A DNA stretch of 64,000 nt. Origin: Erysipelotrichaceae bacterium (lineage in GTDB: Bacteria; Bacillota_I; Bacilli_A; RFN20; DUOF01). Position numbers and translations under genes: made by a program. The stretch is from positions 9,496 through 73,495 of the forward strand of contig SVBH01000005.1 of the NCBI GenBank assembly GCA_015058985.1, in the 5' to 3' direction. The notes below the pieces were generated by a model, which was given only the letters and a program-made list of their open reading frames with translations, made no database searches and had not been told where the DNA came from. Below are positions 20,125 to 30,599 of the stretch, piece by piece; position 1 is the first letter of the stretch, and each line of letters begins with the position of its first letter.

Positions 20125-20997
20125 ATGAAGATTATAACAACAGTTCGTTCTAATAATATTGAAACCTACATGAATATGGATGTAGATGCTTTAATGTTAG
20201 GGCTTAAAAATTATACAACATATTTAGATTATTCTTTTGATATAAATGCAATTAGAATTATTACAAGTCATAAAGGAAATAAAGAAATATATGTTTTAGT
20301 TAATAGAATTATTGAAAATACTGAAATAGAAGAAACTAGAAAAACATTAAAAGAATTAGCATCTTTAAATATTGATGGTATTGTTATTTTAGATATGGGA
20401 TTGTTACAAATTGCTAAAGAGGAACATATGTTAAATAAAATTGTTTTCTCACCTTCAACCTATATTACTAATAAAGATACTGCTGCTTATTTTTCTTCAT
20501 ATGGTATTAAAAGATTAAGTCCTTCAAGAGAGATAAGTTTGAATAATATTTTAGAGATTAAAAACAATATTCATTGTGAAATGGAAGTTATGGTATATGG
20601 ACATCGTAATATCTTTTATTCTAAAAGACATTTATTAGATTTATATAATGAAAACTATAATACTGATGTTAAGGTTTCTTATCTAAAAGAAGAAAAAAGA
20701 GAATCGTTATTTCCTATTAAACAAAATGAACAAGGAACGTTTGTTTATAGTGAGAAACCTTTAAACTTAATCAAATATCTAGATAAGTTTATCGAAAATA
20801 ATATTGATTATATTAATTTAGAAAGTAATTTTATTAATGAAAAAGAATTAAGTAAGGTTGCTACTGAATTTAGAAATGCAATTAATATTTATTATGATAA
20901 GGAAGCATTTTATAAATATATCAATAGTTTAAACATTGATGATAGTGATGATGGTTTTATCAATAGAGATAGTGTTTATATGCAGGAGGAATACTAA
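20125..20997 (+). CDS. trhP1: Peptidase U32 family, YrrN/TrhP1-like (tRNA ho5U34 hydroxylation)
   Basis: U32 TIM-barrel pattern (SREISL, VYGH), coupled by TAATG to a YrrO-like gene. Confidence 0.75.
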   Translation: MKIITTVRSNNIETYMNMDVDALMLGLKNYTTYLDYSFDINAIRIITSHKGNKEIYVLVNRIIENTEIEETRKTLKELASLNIDGIVILDMGLLQIAKEEHMLNKIVFSPSTYITNKDTAAYFSSYGIKRLSPSREISLNNILEIKNNIHCEMEVMVYGHRNIFYSKRHLLDLYNENYNTDVKVSYLKEEKRESLFPIKQNEQGTFVYSEKPLNLIKYLDKFIENNIDYINLESNFINEKELSKVATEFRNAINIYYDKEAFYKYINSLNIDDSDDGFINRDSVYMQEEY

Positions 20998-22187
20998 TGG
21001 AAAGAATTGAACTTTTAGCTCCTGCGGGAGATTTAGAGAGAGCAAAGATTGCTATTTTATATGGAGCAGATGCTGTTTATGTTGGAGGAAAGAAATTTTC
21101 TTTAAGAGCAAGAGCTTCTAATTTTGAACTTAGTGATTTAGAAGAATTAGTCAAGTTTGCTAAAGAACATAATTCTAAAGTATATGTTACTACTAATATC
21201 ATTGCTCATAACAAAGATTTAGATGGCTATGAAGATTATGTTTTAGAGTTAGAAAGAATTGGTGTTAATGCTATTATTACAGCGGATATTGGTCTAATGA
21301 GTAGAGCTTTAAAGGTCTTAACAAAAATGGAAGTTCATGCTTCTACTCAATTATCAATTTCAAATATTGAAGCTATTAAGTTTTTTGCTAATATGGGTTG
21401 TCCTAGAGTGGTTTTAGCAAGGGAATGTGATATGAATCAAATATATGATTTATGTAAAGATTCTCCAGTAGAAATAGAGGCATTTATTCATGGAGCAATG
21501 TGTAGTTCTTATTCAGGTAAATGTGTTTTAAGTAACTACATGACAAATCGTGATGCTAACCGTGGAGGGTGTGCTCAGTCATGTAGATGGTTATATCGAG
21601 TTTATGATCAAAATCAAGAAAAGATAAACGATAATGTTTTTACTTTTAGTTCGAAGGATTTACAAGGTTTAAGATATTTGCCTGATATGATCAAAGCTGG
21701 TGTTGCTAGTTTAAAAGTTGAAGGTAGAATGAAAACTGCTCATTACTTGGCTACTGTTATAGGAACATATCGTAGAGCAATAGATGAGTATTATAAAACA
21801 GGAAAAATTAATTTTGAAAAATATGAAGAAGAATTAACTAAATGTGAAAATAGAAAAGCTTCCATTGGGTTCTTTAAAGGCAATGTAAGTTTAAAAGAAC
21901 AAATCTTTGATTTTGAAAATGATAAGGCTACTCAAGAATATGTAGCTACTGTTCTAGATTATGATCCTGTTAGCAAGATTGCCAAGATAGAACAAAGAAA
22001 TTATTTTAAAGAAAATGACCTGTTAGAAGTATATGGTTATGACATAGATAATTTCACTTTTACTGTTTCTGATATGGTTGATGAAGAAGGAGAAAAAGTC
22101 GAAATAGCTAATAACCCTAAAAGGATTCTATTTTTCAAAATAGATAAACCAGTTAAGAAAGACTATTTCTTGAGAAAAGTAAAATAA
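20997..22187 (+). CDS. trhP2: Peptidase U32 family, YrrO/TrhP2-like
   Basis: ELLAPAG, HGAMCSSYSGKC, NRGGCAQSCRW Fe-S cysteines, LKVEGRMK. Confidence 0.9.
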   Translation: MERIELLAPAGDLERAKIAILYGADAVYVGGKKFSLRARASNFELSDLEELVKFAKEHNSKVYVTTNIIAHNKDLDGYEDYVLELERIGVNAIITADIGLMSRALKVLTKMEVHASTQLSISNIEAIKFFANMGCPRVVLARECDMNQIYDLCKDSPVEIEAFIHGAMCSSYSGKCVLSNYMTNRDANRGGCAQSCRWLYRVYDQNQEKINDNVFTFSSKDLQGLRYLPDMIKAGVASLKVEGRMKTAHYLATVIGTYRRAIDEYYKTGKINFEKYEEELTKCENRKASIGFFKGNVSLKEQIFDFENDKATQEYVATVLDYDPVSKIAKIEQRNYFKENDLLEVYGYDIDNFTFTVSDMVDEEGEKVEIANNPKRILFFKIDKPVKKDYFLRKVK

Positions 22188-22246
22188 AAATTGTTATCGA
22201 ATTGTTATAATGTTAAAATAAAAAATAGTTAGAGAGGGAAATAAAA

Positions 22247-22705
22247 ATGCAAGAATTAAATTCATGGTCAGGAGTATGTAAAGAACTAGTAAGTAAGCTA
22301 TATCAATTAACTTTAAAGTTAGAACCTTTAGAGGAAAGAGGGAGAGAATATGGTTATACTTCTATGTCAGGTAGTAAATATAAAGAAGGATTTAAAGATA
22401 ATTTAGATTTATATGAACATACAATTGAAGTTGCTAATAAGTTATACACAGAAGAAGCAACACCAGAAGAAAAAATAGATGAAATTATAAGAGAAGTTAG
22501 AACTCTAGTTAGAAATGACTTGTCTGCAAAGATTACAGCAACATTCTTGAATAGTTGTTTAAGAGTTGCTGGTTTATCTACTAAATTCTTATTCTTTGTT
22601 GAAGAAGTAGAAGAAATTAAATTTGAAGATAAATATAGTGAAGAAAATAATGCCATCGTTGCTAATTGGATGAATGGTATTCTAGATAAAGTTTTAGCAA
22701 AATAA
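22247..22705 (+). CDS. Hypothetical protein, possibly a degenerate Fic/Doc fold
   Basis: RBS GAGGG; weak spacing resemblance to the Doc core, but no HPFxDGNxR motif. Confidence 0.6.
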   Translation: MQELNSWSGVCKELVSKLYQLTLKLEPLEERGREYGYTSMSGSKYKEGFKDNLDLYEHTIEVANKLYTEEATPEEKIDEIIREVRTLVRNDLSAKITATFLNSCLRVAGLSTKFLFFVEEVEEIKFEDKYSEENNAIVANWMNGILDKVLAK

Positions 22706-22729
22706 AAAAGGTGCTACAAGGCACCTTTT
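22706..22729. terminator. Bidirectional terminator
   Basis: AAAAGGTGC-TACAAG-GCACCTTTT between convergent genes. Confidence 0.8.
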
Positions 22730-23429
22730 AATAATTCTTTTTATTATTTAATATTTCTTGTTCTTCTTTTGATAATCTTTCAATTCCTAAATTGGACGTA
22801 ATTGCAAATCTTGCGTGAACGTTAAATTCCTCAGAAAGATTAATAATTGGGTAAATAAATGATTGAGTATAGTCATCTATATTCTTTTTAATAGCTTGAT
22901 GATTAACGTATAAACTAACTAAAATAGCTCCTAATTTATTCTTCTTGTTTATATCAACATTTTCTAATTTTTGACTGATATTTTTTTCCTTAATAGAATT
23001 TAAATCAATATTTAAATCTTCTAATAACTCTTTTAAAGTCAAAAGTGGTAAATCATATATTTTTTCATGAATAGTACTAATGGACTCATATCGAGTTACA
23101 TTGAAATCTTCTTTATAATAAGAACTAGCATATTCTTTTACTGTATTTTGAAGATAACTTATTTTATCTAAAGAAACAGATATTTTTTTTGCAGTATTTT
23201 CTATTCTTGATAGAAGGTCCCAATCTTCAAAACTTAAAACACCAGATAACTTTCCATCTGCTTTAGATTTAAAATTACATAAAGAATAAGATCCATCTAA
23301 CATTTTAGAACTTAGACTTTTAATGTTATCAGAGTATGTAGAAGTTTCATCATAAATCTCCTTCAATTTCAACCAATAGTAATCATTAGGTAGTCTTGGA
23401 TTTGTTATATCGTTATAATTATTTTTCAT
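22728..23429 (-). CDS. Hypothetical protein
   Basis: 233-aa ORF with GGTGA RBS; no motif recognised. Confidence 0.7.
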   Translation of the reverse strand: MKNNYNDITNPRLPNDYYWLKLKEIYDETSTYSDNIKSLSSKMLDGSYSLCNFKSKADGKLSGVLSFEDWDLLSRIENTAKKISVSLDKISYLQNTVKEYASSYYKEDFNVTRYESISTIHEKIYDLPLLTLKELLEDLNIDLNSIKEKNISQKLENVDINKKNKLGAILVSLYVNHQAIKKNIDDYTQSFIYPIINLSEEFNVHARFAITSNLGIERLSKEEQEILNNKKNY

Positions 23430-23553
23430 TTGCTATCACCTACAACAAGATAATACTTATTTAATTAATAAAAAGGAATTGAACATAGTAATTTTGTGGG
23501 TAACTCATTTTTGCTTGTAAAAATTATATTTTTATGTTATCATTTTTATCGAT

Positions 23554-23580
23554 GAGTAGGGGAAGCCCTACTCTTTGCTT
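23554..23580 (+). promoter_or_regulatory. rimP-nusA leader hairpin (putative attenuator)
   Basis: GAGTAGGG-GAAG-CCCTACTC followed by TTTGCTTT, just upstream of the rimP RBS. Confidence 0.6.
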
Positions 23581-23599
23581 TATTTAAAGGAGTGATTTA

Positions 23600-24046
23600 A
23601 TGAAAAAGAAGATAACAGCATTATTAGAAAAGACTATCAATGACTTAGGTTTTATCCTATATGAAGTTGAATATCAGAAAGAAGATGAAGACTGGATACT
23701 AAGAATAATGATAGATAATGATAATGGAAAAATTTCGTTAGATGATTGTGTAATGGTAAGTGAAGCAATTAATCCTATCTTAGATAAAGAAGATCCTATT
23801 GATAATGAATATATGTTAGAGGTGTGTTCTGCAGGAGCAGAAAAACCTTTAAGAAATAAAGAAGAATATAAAAAAGCTTTAAATGAATATGTTTATGTAA
23901 AGACAGCAACAGACGAATACACTGGATACTTAGAAGAAGTTACAGATAATGAGTTGGTTGTGAAAATCAATTTAAAGGGACGTATAAAAAATATTACCAT
24001 TGAATTTAAAGATATTGAAAGTGCTAGATTAGCCATTAAATTTTAG
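23600..24046 (+). CDS. rimP: Ribosome maturation factor RimP
   Basis: ISLDDC..VS, YMLEVCSAG.EKPL, ARLAIKF; operon context. Confidence 0.95.
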   Translation: MKKKITALLEKTINDLGFILYEVEYQKEDEDWILRIMIDNDNGKISLDDCVMVSEAINPILDKEDPIDNEYMLEVCSAGAEKPLRNKEEYKKALNEYVYVKTATDEYTGYLEEVTDNELVVKINLKGRIKNITIEFKDIESARLAIKF

Positions 24047-24063
24047 GAGGAAGTAAAACAAAA

Positions 24064-25530
24064 ATGAACACAAAAGAATTTTTAAAAGCTATTGATGCTT
24101 TAGTTGAACAAAAAGGAATCAAGAAAGAAACAATTTTAGAAGATTTAAAAGAAGCATTAGAAAAAGCATGGAAAAAAACTAATGATCCATATGCAGAAGT
24201 TCGTGTTGAAATTGATGAGAAAAAAGGAACTATCAGAATGTTTAGAATTAAACATATTGTTGAAGAAGTTGAAGATGATGCAATTGAGATGGAACTTGAA
24301 GATGCTTTAGAACTAGATAAGAAATACAAAATTGGTGATGAAGTTGTTGAAGAAATCGATCCTGAAGAATTAAATAGAATGGCTGCTAGACATGCTGCAC
24401 AAATCTTACGTCAAAAAATAAGAGAAGCAGAAAAATCTGTTTTATATGATTTATATGCTGACAAAGTTGGAGAAACTATGGCAGGAATCGTAGAAAGAGT
24501 TGAAGACAATTATCTGTTAGTTAATTTAGGTAAAGGAGCTGCTTTAATGCCTAAATCTCATATGATTCCTAATGAAAATTATTATGTAAATCAACCAATT
24601 AAAGTTTATTTAGTTGGAGTAGAAAAGACTAATCAAGGAGCTCAAATTATTGTTTCTAGAAGTGCTCCAGAATTCTTAAAGAGATTATTTGAACAAGAAA
24701 TCCATGAAATCTATGATGGAACAGTTGAAATTAAATCTATTTCAAGAGATCCAGGTTCCAGAGCAAAAGTTTCTGTTTTGAGTAGAAATCCTAGTGTTGA
24801 TCCTACAGGTGCTTGTATCGGTCAAAAAGGAATGAGAATTCAAAAGATTTCTAACCAAATCATGGGTGAAAAAATTGATGTAGTTAACTATAATGAAAAC
24901 CCTGTTTTATATATTGTTGAAGCTTTAAAACCAGCTGAAATATATGGAATTGATATTGATGAAGAAAATAAGAAAGCGTTAGCAGTTGTTATGGACACTG
25001 AACTTAGTTTAGCTATTGGTAAAAAAGGACAAAATGCTAGACTTGCTGCTAAATTAACAGGATATAAAATTGATGTTAAACCATTGAATGAAGTTAAAGC
25101 ACAAGGATTGAACTTTGTTACTATCTCATCTGTTATCGCAGAAATTAATGCTAAGAAAGTTGAAGAAGAAAAAGCAAAAGTTGTAGTTGAAACTAAGAAA
25201 CCTGTAAAAGAAGAAAAGAAAGAAGAAATCTATGTTTCTCCTTCAATTAACATTGAACCAGTTAGAGTTTCCCTATCTGATTTAGAAAGTAGTTTATCTT
25301 CTAAACCAGTAGAACAAAAACAAACTAAGAAAAAGGTTGAAAAGAAAGTTGAAGAAGAAAAAGATGATATCAAAGCAAGACTAAAAGAAGCAGAAGAAAA
25401 GAAAATGAATTATATGCCTGTTTATTCTGATGAAGAATTAGAAGAATTAGAAGATGAAGATGATTATAATAGCAGATATGATGAAGATATCGACTATGAA
25501 AGTTATGACAAATACTACGACGAAGACTAA
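24064..25530 (+). CDS. nusA: Transcription factor NusA with long K/E-rich and acidic C-terminal extension
   Basis: S1 and KH domains, RDPGSRAKV, SLAIGKKGQNARLAAKLTG. Confidence 0.97.
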   Translation: MNTKEFLKAIDALVEQKGIKKETILEDLKEALEKAWKKTNDPYAEVRVEIDEKKGTIRMFRIKHIVEEVEDDAIEMELEDALELDKKYKIGDEVVEEIDPEELNRMAARHAAQILRQKIREAEKSVLYDLYADKVGETMAGIVERVEDNYLLVNLGKGAALMPKSHMIPNENYYVNQPIKVYLVGVEKTNQGAQIIVSRSAPEFLKRLFEQEIHEIYDGTVEIKSISRDPGSRAKVSVLSRNPSVDPTGACIGQKGMRIQKISNQIMGEKIDVVNYNENPVLYIVEALKPAEIYGIDIDEENKKALAVVMDTELSLAIGKKGQNARLAAKLTGYKIDVKPLNEVKAQGLNFVTISSVIAEINAKKVEEEKAKVVVETKKPVKEEKKEEIYVSPSINIEPVRVSLSDLESSLSSKPVEQKQTKKKVEKKVEEEKDDIKARLKEAEEKKMNYMPVYSDEELEELEDEDDYNSRYDEDIDYESYDKYYDED

Positions 25531-25787
25531 TGAAAAAAATTCCTTTGAGAAAATGTGTTGCAACTAATGAGCAACTTGAAAAAAAAGATTTATTAAGAAT
25601 TGTTAAAGATAAAGAAGGAAATGTATTTGTTGATCTAACTGGAAAGAAAAATGGCAGAGGGGCTTATCTTAAAAAATCAAATGAAGCTTTAGAAATTGCC
25701 ATTAAAAGAAAATCTTTAGCAAGAGCCTTAGAATGTGAAATACCTTCGTCTATTTATGAAGAAATAAAAACTATCATAAATGGATAA
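25530..25787 (+). CDS. rnpM: YlxR/RnpM RNase P modulator
   Basis: PLRKCVA, GKKNGRGAYL. Confidence 0.9.
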   Translation: MKKIPLRKCVATNEQLEKKDLLRIVKDKEGNVFVDLTGKKNGRGAYLKKSNEALEIAIKRKSLARALECEIPSSIYEEIKTIING

Positions 25788-26097
25788 ATGGTTAAATAAC
25801 TTAGGCCTTGCTAAAAAAGCAGGCAAAATAGTTATTTCTATAAAATTAGAAGAAAGTATCAAAACAAAAAAAGTAGCATTAGTTATTATAGCAAGTGATG
25901 CTGCTAAAAACTCTTATAAAAAATGGATTGATAAATGTAATTTTTATAAGATTGAATATTTAATAAAAGGAACTAAAAAAGAATTAGCATATTCCATTGG
26001 TAAAGAACAAGTAAGTGCCATTGGCATAACTGATATAAATTTAGCCAAGTTAATAAGTTTAAAAATAAAGGAAGGTGAGAATGATGGCAAAGAGTAA
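25780..26097 (+). CDS. ylxQ: L7Ae-family RNA-binding protein YlxQ
   Basis: LGLAKKAGK, ASDAA, ELAYSIGK; operon position. Confidence 0.88.
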   Translation: MDKWLNNLGLAKKAGKIVISIKLEESIKTKKVALVIIASDAAKNSYKKWIDKCNFYKIEYLIKGTKKELAYSIGKEQVSAIGITDINLAKLISLKIKEGENDGKE

Positions 26098-27943
26098 TTT
26101 TAAAGCAAAGAAATCTTTTGATAAGAGCCGTATTTCTAATATCCCAACTTCTAAGCCGGAAAGAGTTAATAGTAAGAATGCAAGGATAGAAGATGGAACT
26201 TTTATTTTTAGCCAAGAAGTAACTTTAAGCGAACTTGCTGGAGCAATAGGAAGAACTCCTAGTGAGATTATTAAATTCCTATTTATGCAAGGAAAAATGG
26301 TTACTATTAATAGCACTTTAGATGAAGATACTGTTGGAACTATTTGTTTACAATACGATTTAGATTATCGTAAAGAAAAAGTGATTTTAGAACAACACTT
26401 TGAAGAAATAGATATTGTTGATGATCCAAAAGATTTAGTAGAAAGAGCACCTGTTGTTACTATTATGGGACACGTTGACCATGGTAAAACGACATTACTT
26501 GATGCAATTAGAGATTCGAGAGTAGTTGAAGGAGAATTTGGTGGAATCACTCAACAAATCGGTGCTTACCAAGTTGAAATAAATGGAAAGAAAATTACAT
26601 TTTTAGATACTCCAGGACATGCTGCATTTACCGCAATGCGTGCTAGAGGAGCTAAAATAACAGACTTGGTTGTTATCGTTGTTGCTGCTGATGATGGGGT
26701 AATGCCTCAAACAAAAGAAGCTATTGACCATGCTAAAGCGGCTAATGTGCCAATTATTGTAGCTATTAACAAAATAGATAAAGTCGGAGCAGATCCTGAT
26801 AAGATCATGTCTGCTATGACTGATTTAGGGTTATTACCTGAAGAATGGGGTGGAAATGTTATTTATAAACAAATTTCTGCCTTAAAGAAAATCGGTATTT
26901 CAGAACTTTTAGAGACTATTCTAGTTGTTGCTGAAATGCAAGAATTAAAAGCTAATCCAAAAAGACTTGCTTCTGGAAATGTTATTGAAGGAAGACTTGA
27001 TAAAAATAAAGGACCAATGGCAACATTACTTGTTGCTAATGGAACACTAAAAACTGGCGACACTATTGTTGCTGGTACAATGTTTGGTAGAGTAAGACAA
27101 ATGAGAAATGATTTAGGTCAACTTGTTAAAGAAGCTTTACCTGCTACTCCTGTTGAAATTATGGGACTTGAAGCAGTTCCTACTGCAGGAGACCCATTTA
27201 TGATTTTTGCTAGTGATAAACAAGCTAGAGAAATTGCAGATAAACGTTTGATTGAAAAAGTTCAAGCAGATAGGAGAGAAAATGCTAGTGTTACTATTGA
27301 TGATTTATATGACCAAATACAAGAGGGTAGCCTAAAAAATATTAACATCATTATCAAAACAGACACTCAAGGATCTGCTGAAGCAATTAAAGGATCTTTA
27401 CAAAAACTTCAAATGGAAGATGTTAGAGTTAATGTTATAAGAGCCACAGCAGGTGGAATTACTGAATCTGATGTATTGCTTGCAAGTGCTTCAAATGCTA
27501 TTATCTATGGATTTAATGTTAGACCTGATTCTAATGTGAGAAGGGCTGCAGATGAAAATAAAGTAGATATTAGATTGCATAATGTTATCTATGCAATTTT
27601 TGAAGAAATTGAACAAGCAATGAAAGGTATGTTAAAACCTATTTATAAAGAAGTTGTAACAGGTCAAGCAGAAGTCAGAAAATTATTTAAAGTTTCTAAA
27701 CTTGGAACTATTGCTGGTAGCTATATTACTGAAGGATCAATTAAAAGAGACTGTGGAGTAAGACTTATAAGAGATGGAATTGTCGTTTTTGAAGGAAAAT
27801 TATTATCTTTAAAAAGAGAGCAAAATGACGCCAAAGAAGTTAATAAAGGTTTTGAATGTGGAATGATGATAGAAAACTTCAATGATATTAAAGAAGGAGA
27901 TATCATTGAAGGATATGTCATGGAAGAAATTAAAAGAAAGTAG
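26081..27943 (+). CDS. infB: Translation initiation factor IF-2
   Basis: [26 protein letters not shown]. Confidence 0.98.
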   Translation: MMAKSNFKAKKSFDKSRISNIPTSKPERVNSKNARIEDGTFIFSQEVTLSELAGAIGRTPSEIIKFLFMQGKMVTINSTLDEDTVGTICLQYDLDYRKEKVILEQHFEEIDIVDDPKDLVERAPVVTIMGHVDHGKTTLLDAIRDSRVVEGEFGGITQQIGAYQVEINGKKITFLDTPGHAAFTAMRARGAKITDLVVIVVAADDGVMPQTKEAIDHAKAANVPIIVAINKIDKVGADPDKIMSAMTDLGLLPEEWGGNVIYKQISALKKIGISELLETILVVAEMQELKANPKRLASGNVIEGRLDKNKGPMATLLVANGTLKTGDTIVAGTMFGRVRQMRNDLGQLVKEALPATPVEIMGLEAVPTAGDPFMIFASDKQAREIADKRLIEKVQADRRENASVTIDDLYDQIQEGSLKNINIIIKTDTQGSAEAIKGSLQKLQMEDVRVNVIRATAGGITESDVLLASASNAIIYGFNVRPDSNVRRAADENKVDIRLHNVIYAIFEEIEQAMKGMLKPIYKEVVTGQAEVRKLFKVSKLGTIAGSYITEGSIKRDCGVRLIRDGIVVFEGKLLSLKREQNDAKEVNKGFECGMMIENFNDIKEGDIIEGYVMEEIKRK

Positions 27944-27952
27944 GTAATTGAT

Positions 27953-28294
27953 ATGCCAAAAACTTATAAAGCTGATCGTATTTCTAATATGGTCCAAAAA
28001 TATGTTTCTGAAATCATACAATTTGAATTAAAAGATAAAGATATTGGGTTTGTAACAGTTACTAGAGCAAAGGTTACTAATGACTACTCTTATGCTTATA
28101 TCTATGTTTCTTATATTGATGAAGTAAGTAAACAAAAAGGTTTAGAAGCATTAGAAAAAGCTAAAGGATTTATCAGAAGTAGATTAGCAGATAAATTAAC
28201 TATCTATAAAACTCCTGAAATTATCTTTAAATTAGATACTTCATTTGATGAAGCTCAAGAAATTGAAGAAGTTTTAAAGAATTTAAAGAAATAA
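27953..28294 (+). CDS. rbfA: Ribosome-binding factor A
   Basis: VTVTRAKVTNDYSYA, KAKGFIRSRLA, TPEIIF. Confidence 0.95.
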   Translation: MPKTYKADRISNMVQKYVSEIIQFELKDKDIGFVTVTRAKVTNDYSYAYIYVSYIDEVSKQKGLEALEKAKGFIRSRLADKLTIYKTPEIIFKLDTSFDEAQEIEEVLKNLKK

Positions 28295-28300
28295 ATAATT

Positions 28301-28343
28301 AACGTTTCTCTTTAAGTTAATACTATAAGAGAGGCGTTTTTTT
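28301..28343 (+). terminator. Terminator of the rimP-rbfA operon
   Basis: AACGTTTCTCTT...AAGAGAGGCGTT followed by a T-run. Confidence 0.7.
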
Positions 28344-28349
28344 AATTAT

Positions 28350-28377
28350 TTGAATATCATATAAAATATGATATAAT
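28350..28377 (+). promoter_or_regulatory. Putative SigA promoter with overlapping inverted repeat
   Basis: TTGAAT-16-TATAAT with TG extension; ATCATAT-AAA-ATATGAT palindrome across the spacer. Confidence 0.55.
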
Positions 28378-28412
28378 CTAAATGCATTATAGAATTTGGA
28401 GTGAGATGTATT

Positions 28413-30581
28413 ATGGTTATAGTTAACTATTTATTATTAATAACTTTATCAGTTGCATTAACTTTTTTATTTAGTTTTTTGTTAAAAAAAGATCGTAGTA
28501 AATTTTTAAAAATAATATCATTAAGTTTAGCGTTAGTCTTTTTCTTTAGATTTGAATGGGATAAAGAGGCCATTGGAAGTGTAAGAGGACTTAATATGTA
28601 TTCTCCTTTGGACAGTATGTTTGGTACTGCCATTAGTGCAATACTCATTTGGTTTACTTATGCCGTTGTATTATTCTTTGTTCTGTATCCATTTTTTAAA
28701 GTAAATAACATTAAAACTTTTTTAAAATACTTTGCACCAATAATTTTAATTTTGGATATAGTGTTCTTTAAAGAATACTGTATTGGTATAATGGGGGCAA
28801 AAGCGTTTAGTGAAATAACTGTTTGGTTAATTTTAATAACAGTAGAGTTATCTATGATGATAGCTTATTTTGTCGTTGAGTTTGCAAATAAAGAATGGTT
28901 GCAAACTTCTAAAAAGGAAATAGGAATTCTTTTCTTAACTTTGATTCCAATTCTAATATCTGCTATGCCAGTTTGGGGACCACAAGTATTATTAGGATAT
29001 GGACCTAGTCACTTAATACTTCAAGATTTGACTGAAGAACATAGAATTTCCATGTATATATGTTTAATCATTCCAATTGTCATTTATAAGGTATTGAAAA
29101 ACAAAAACATGGAAGTTAAAAGATTTACATTATTATATCTAAGTTTAGCTACTATGTGTGCTTATTGCTATAAATTTAAATTTGATATTTATTTAGAACC
29201 AGTTTCTTGGCCATTGCATTTGTGTAATACAGCAATGTTTGTCTTGCCAATTTGCTTTATCTTCAAATTAGACAAATTATTCTACTTTACTGTTTTCATC
29301 AATGTATTCGGAGCTTTTATAGCTATGGCTATGCCAAACTATACAGTAGAGAATATTTATGATATATCAACCGTTACATTTATGCTTAACCATAGTATCG
29401 CTTTCTTTATGCCGGCCCTAGCGGTTATGTTAGGATTATATGATAGACCTAACTTTAAACTATTTAAATATTCGTTAGTGGCTTTTGCAGTATATTTTAG
29501 CATCATAGCATTTCTAAATGGGTTATTACAAAACTATGGAAATGTTGATTTCTTCTTCTTAAATAGTGATTTTGTTGTTAGTAAACTAGGGGATTGGGCA
29601 GAGAATCTAAGAAATTATACATGGACATGGCACATAAAAGATTTGACATTAGTGTTCTATCCTTTATATCACACTTTGTTCTTCTTGTGTTATGTATTAC
29701 TATCTTTAGGAATGTGGTTCCTTTATGAACAAATGTTTGCAATGCAAGACTATGGATATGAATTAGCTCATAAAAAAGAAAAAAGAAAAATGGAAAAAAT
29801 AATCCTAAAGGAAAGTTTAGCAGGAAGGAGTATTGAGGAACCTATGAATGAAAAAGGAAAAGATTGTTTTGAATTGATTAACTTCTCTAAAAAATATGGA
29901 CTTAGCAAAAGATATGCTGTTAAAGGAGTTAACTTGAAAGTTAATGCTGGTGAAATTTTTGGTTTCTTAGGACCTAATGGAGCAGGTAAATCCACTATTA
30001 TTAAAAGCTTAGTAGGAATTCAATCAATCACGGATGGTAGAATTGAAGTTTGTGGTTATGATTTGCAAAAACAAGCTGTACAAGCTAAAAAACAAATGGG
30101 GTATGTTCCTGATCACTATGCATTATATGAAAATTTAACAGGTAGAGAATATATTAACTATATTGCAGATTTATATGGTGTTAAAAAGACTGAAAGAGAT
30201 GAAAGAATTAAAAAGTATGTTGAAATTTTCCAACTTGAAGAAGCATTTGATAATCAAATGAAAACATACTCACATGGTATGAAACAAAAAATGACTATTA
30301 TGGCTGCTTTGGTTCATAATCCTAAAGTTTGGATTTTGGATGAACCTTTAACAGGATTAGATCCTACTAGTATTTTCCAAGTTAAGGAATGTATGAAAGC
30401 TCATGCTGCTGCAGGAAATATTGTTTTCTTCTCATCGCATATTATTGATGTTGTTGAAAAACTTTGTACTAGAATTGCTATCATTAAAAAGGGGAATATT
30501 TTATGTGATGAAAAAGTTTCTACTTTAAAGAAAAAGAAAATAGATTTAGAGCAATTCTATTTAGACCATATCAAAGATTAG
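28413..30581 (+). CDS. Fusion: polytopic membrane region with YwaF/TMEM164-like domain plus C-terminal ABC ATPase
   Basis: Many hydrophobic helices with WPLHLCN, FMLNHS, DFFFL and YPLY motifs; GPNGAGKST, YSHGMKQK, LDEPLTGLD, SSH; GGAGTGAG RBS before ATG 28413. Confidence 0.8.
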   Translation: MVIVNYLLLITLSVALTFLFSFLLKKDRSKFLKIISLSLALVFFFRFEWDKEAIGSVRGLNMYSPLDSMFGTAISAILIWFTYAVVLFFVLYPFFKVNNIKTFLKYFAPIILILDIVFFKEYCIGIMGAKAFSEITVWLILITVELSMMIAYFVVEFANKEWLQTSKKEIGILFLTLIPILISAMPVWGPQVLLGYGPSHLILQDLTEEHRISMYICLIIPIVIYKVLKNKNMEVKRFTLLYLSLATMCAYCYKFKFDIYLEPVSWPLHLCNTAMFVLPICFIFKLDKLFYFTVFINVFGAFIAMAMPNYTVENIYDISTVTFMLNHSIAFFMPALAVMLGLYDRPNFKLFKYSLVAFAVYFSIIAFLNGLLQNYGNVDFFFLNSDFVVSKLGDWAENLRNYTWTWHIKDLTLVFYPLYHTLFFLCYVLLSLGMWFLYEQMFAMQDYGYELAHKKEKRKMEKIILKESLAGRSIEEPMNEKGKDCFELINFSKKYGLSKRYAVKGVNLKVNAGEIFGFLGPNGAGKSTIIKSLVGIQSITDGRIEVCGYDLQKQAVQAKKQMGYVPDHYALYENLTGREYINYIADLYGVKKTERDERIKKYVEIFQLEEAFDNQMKTYSHGMKQKMTIMAALVHNPKVWILDEPLTGLDPTSIFQVKECMKAHAAAGNIVFFSSHIIDVVEKLCTRIAIIKKGNILCDEKVSTLKKKKIDLEQFYLDHIKD

Positions 30582-30599
30582 TTTTAAAGGAGTAAAAAT

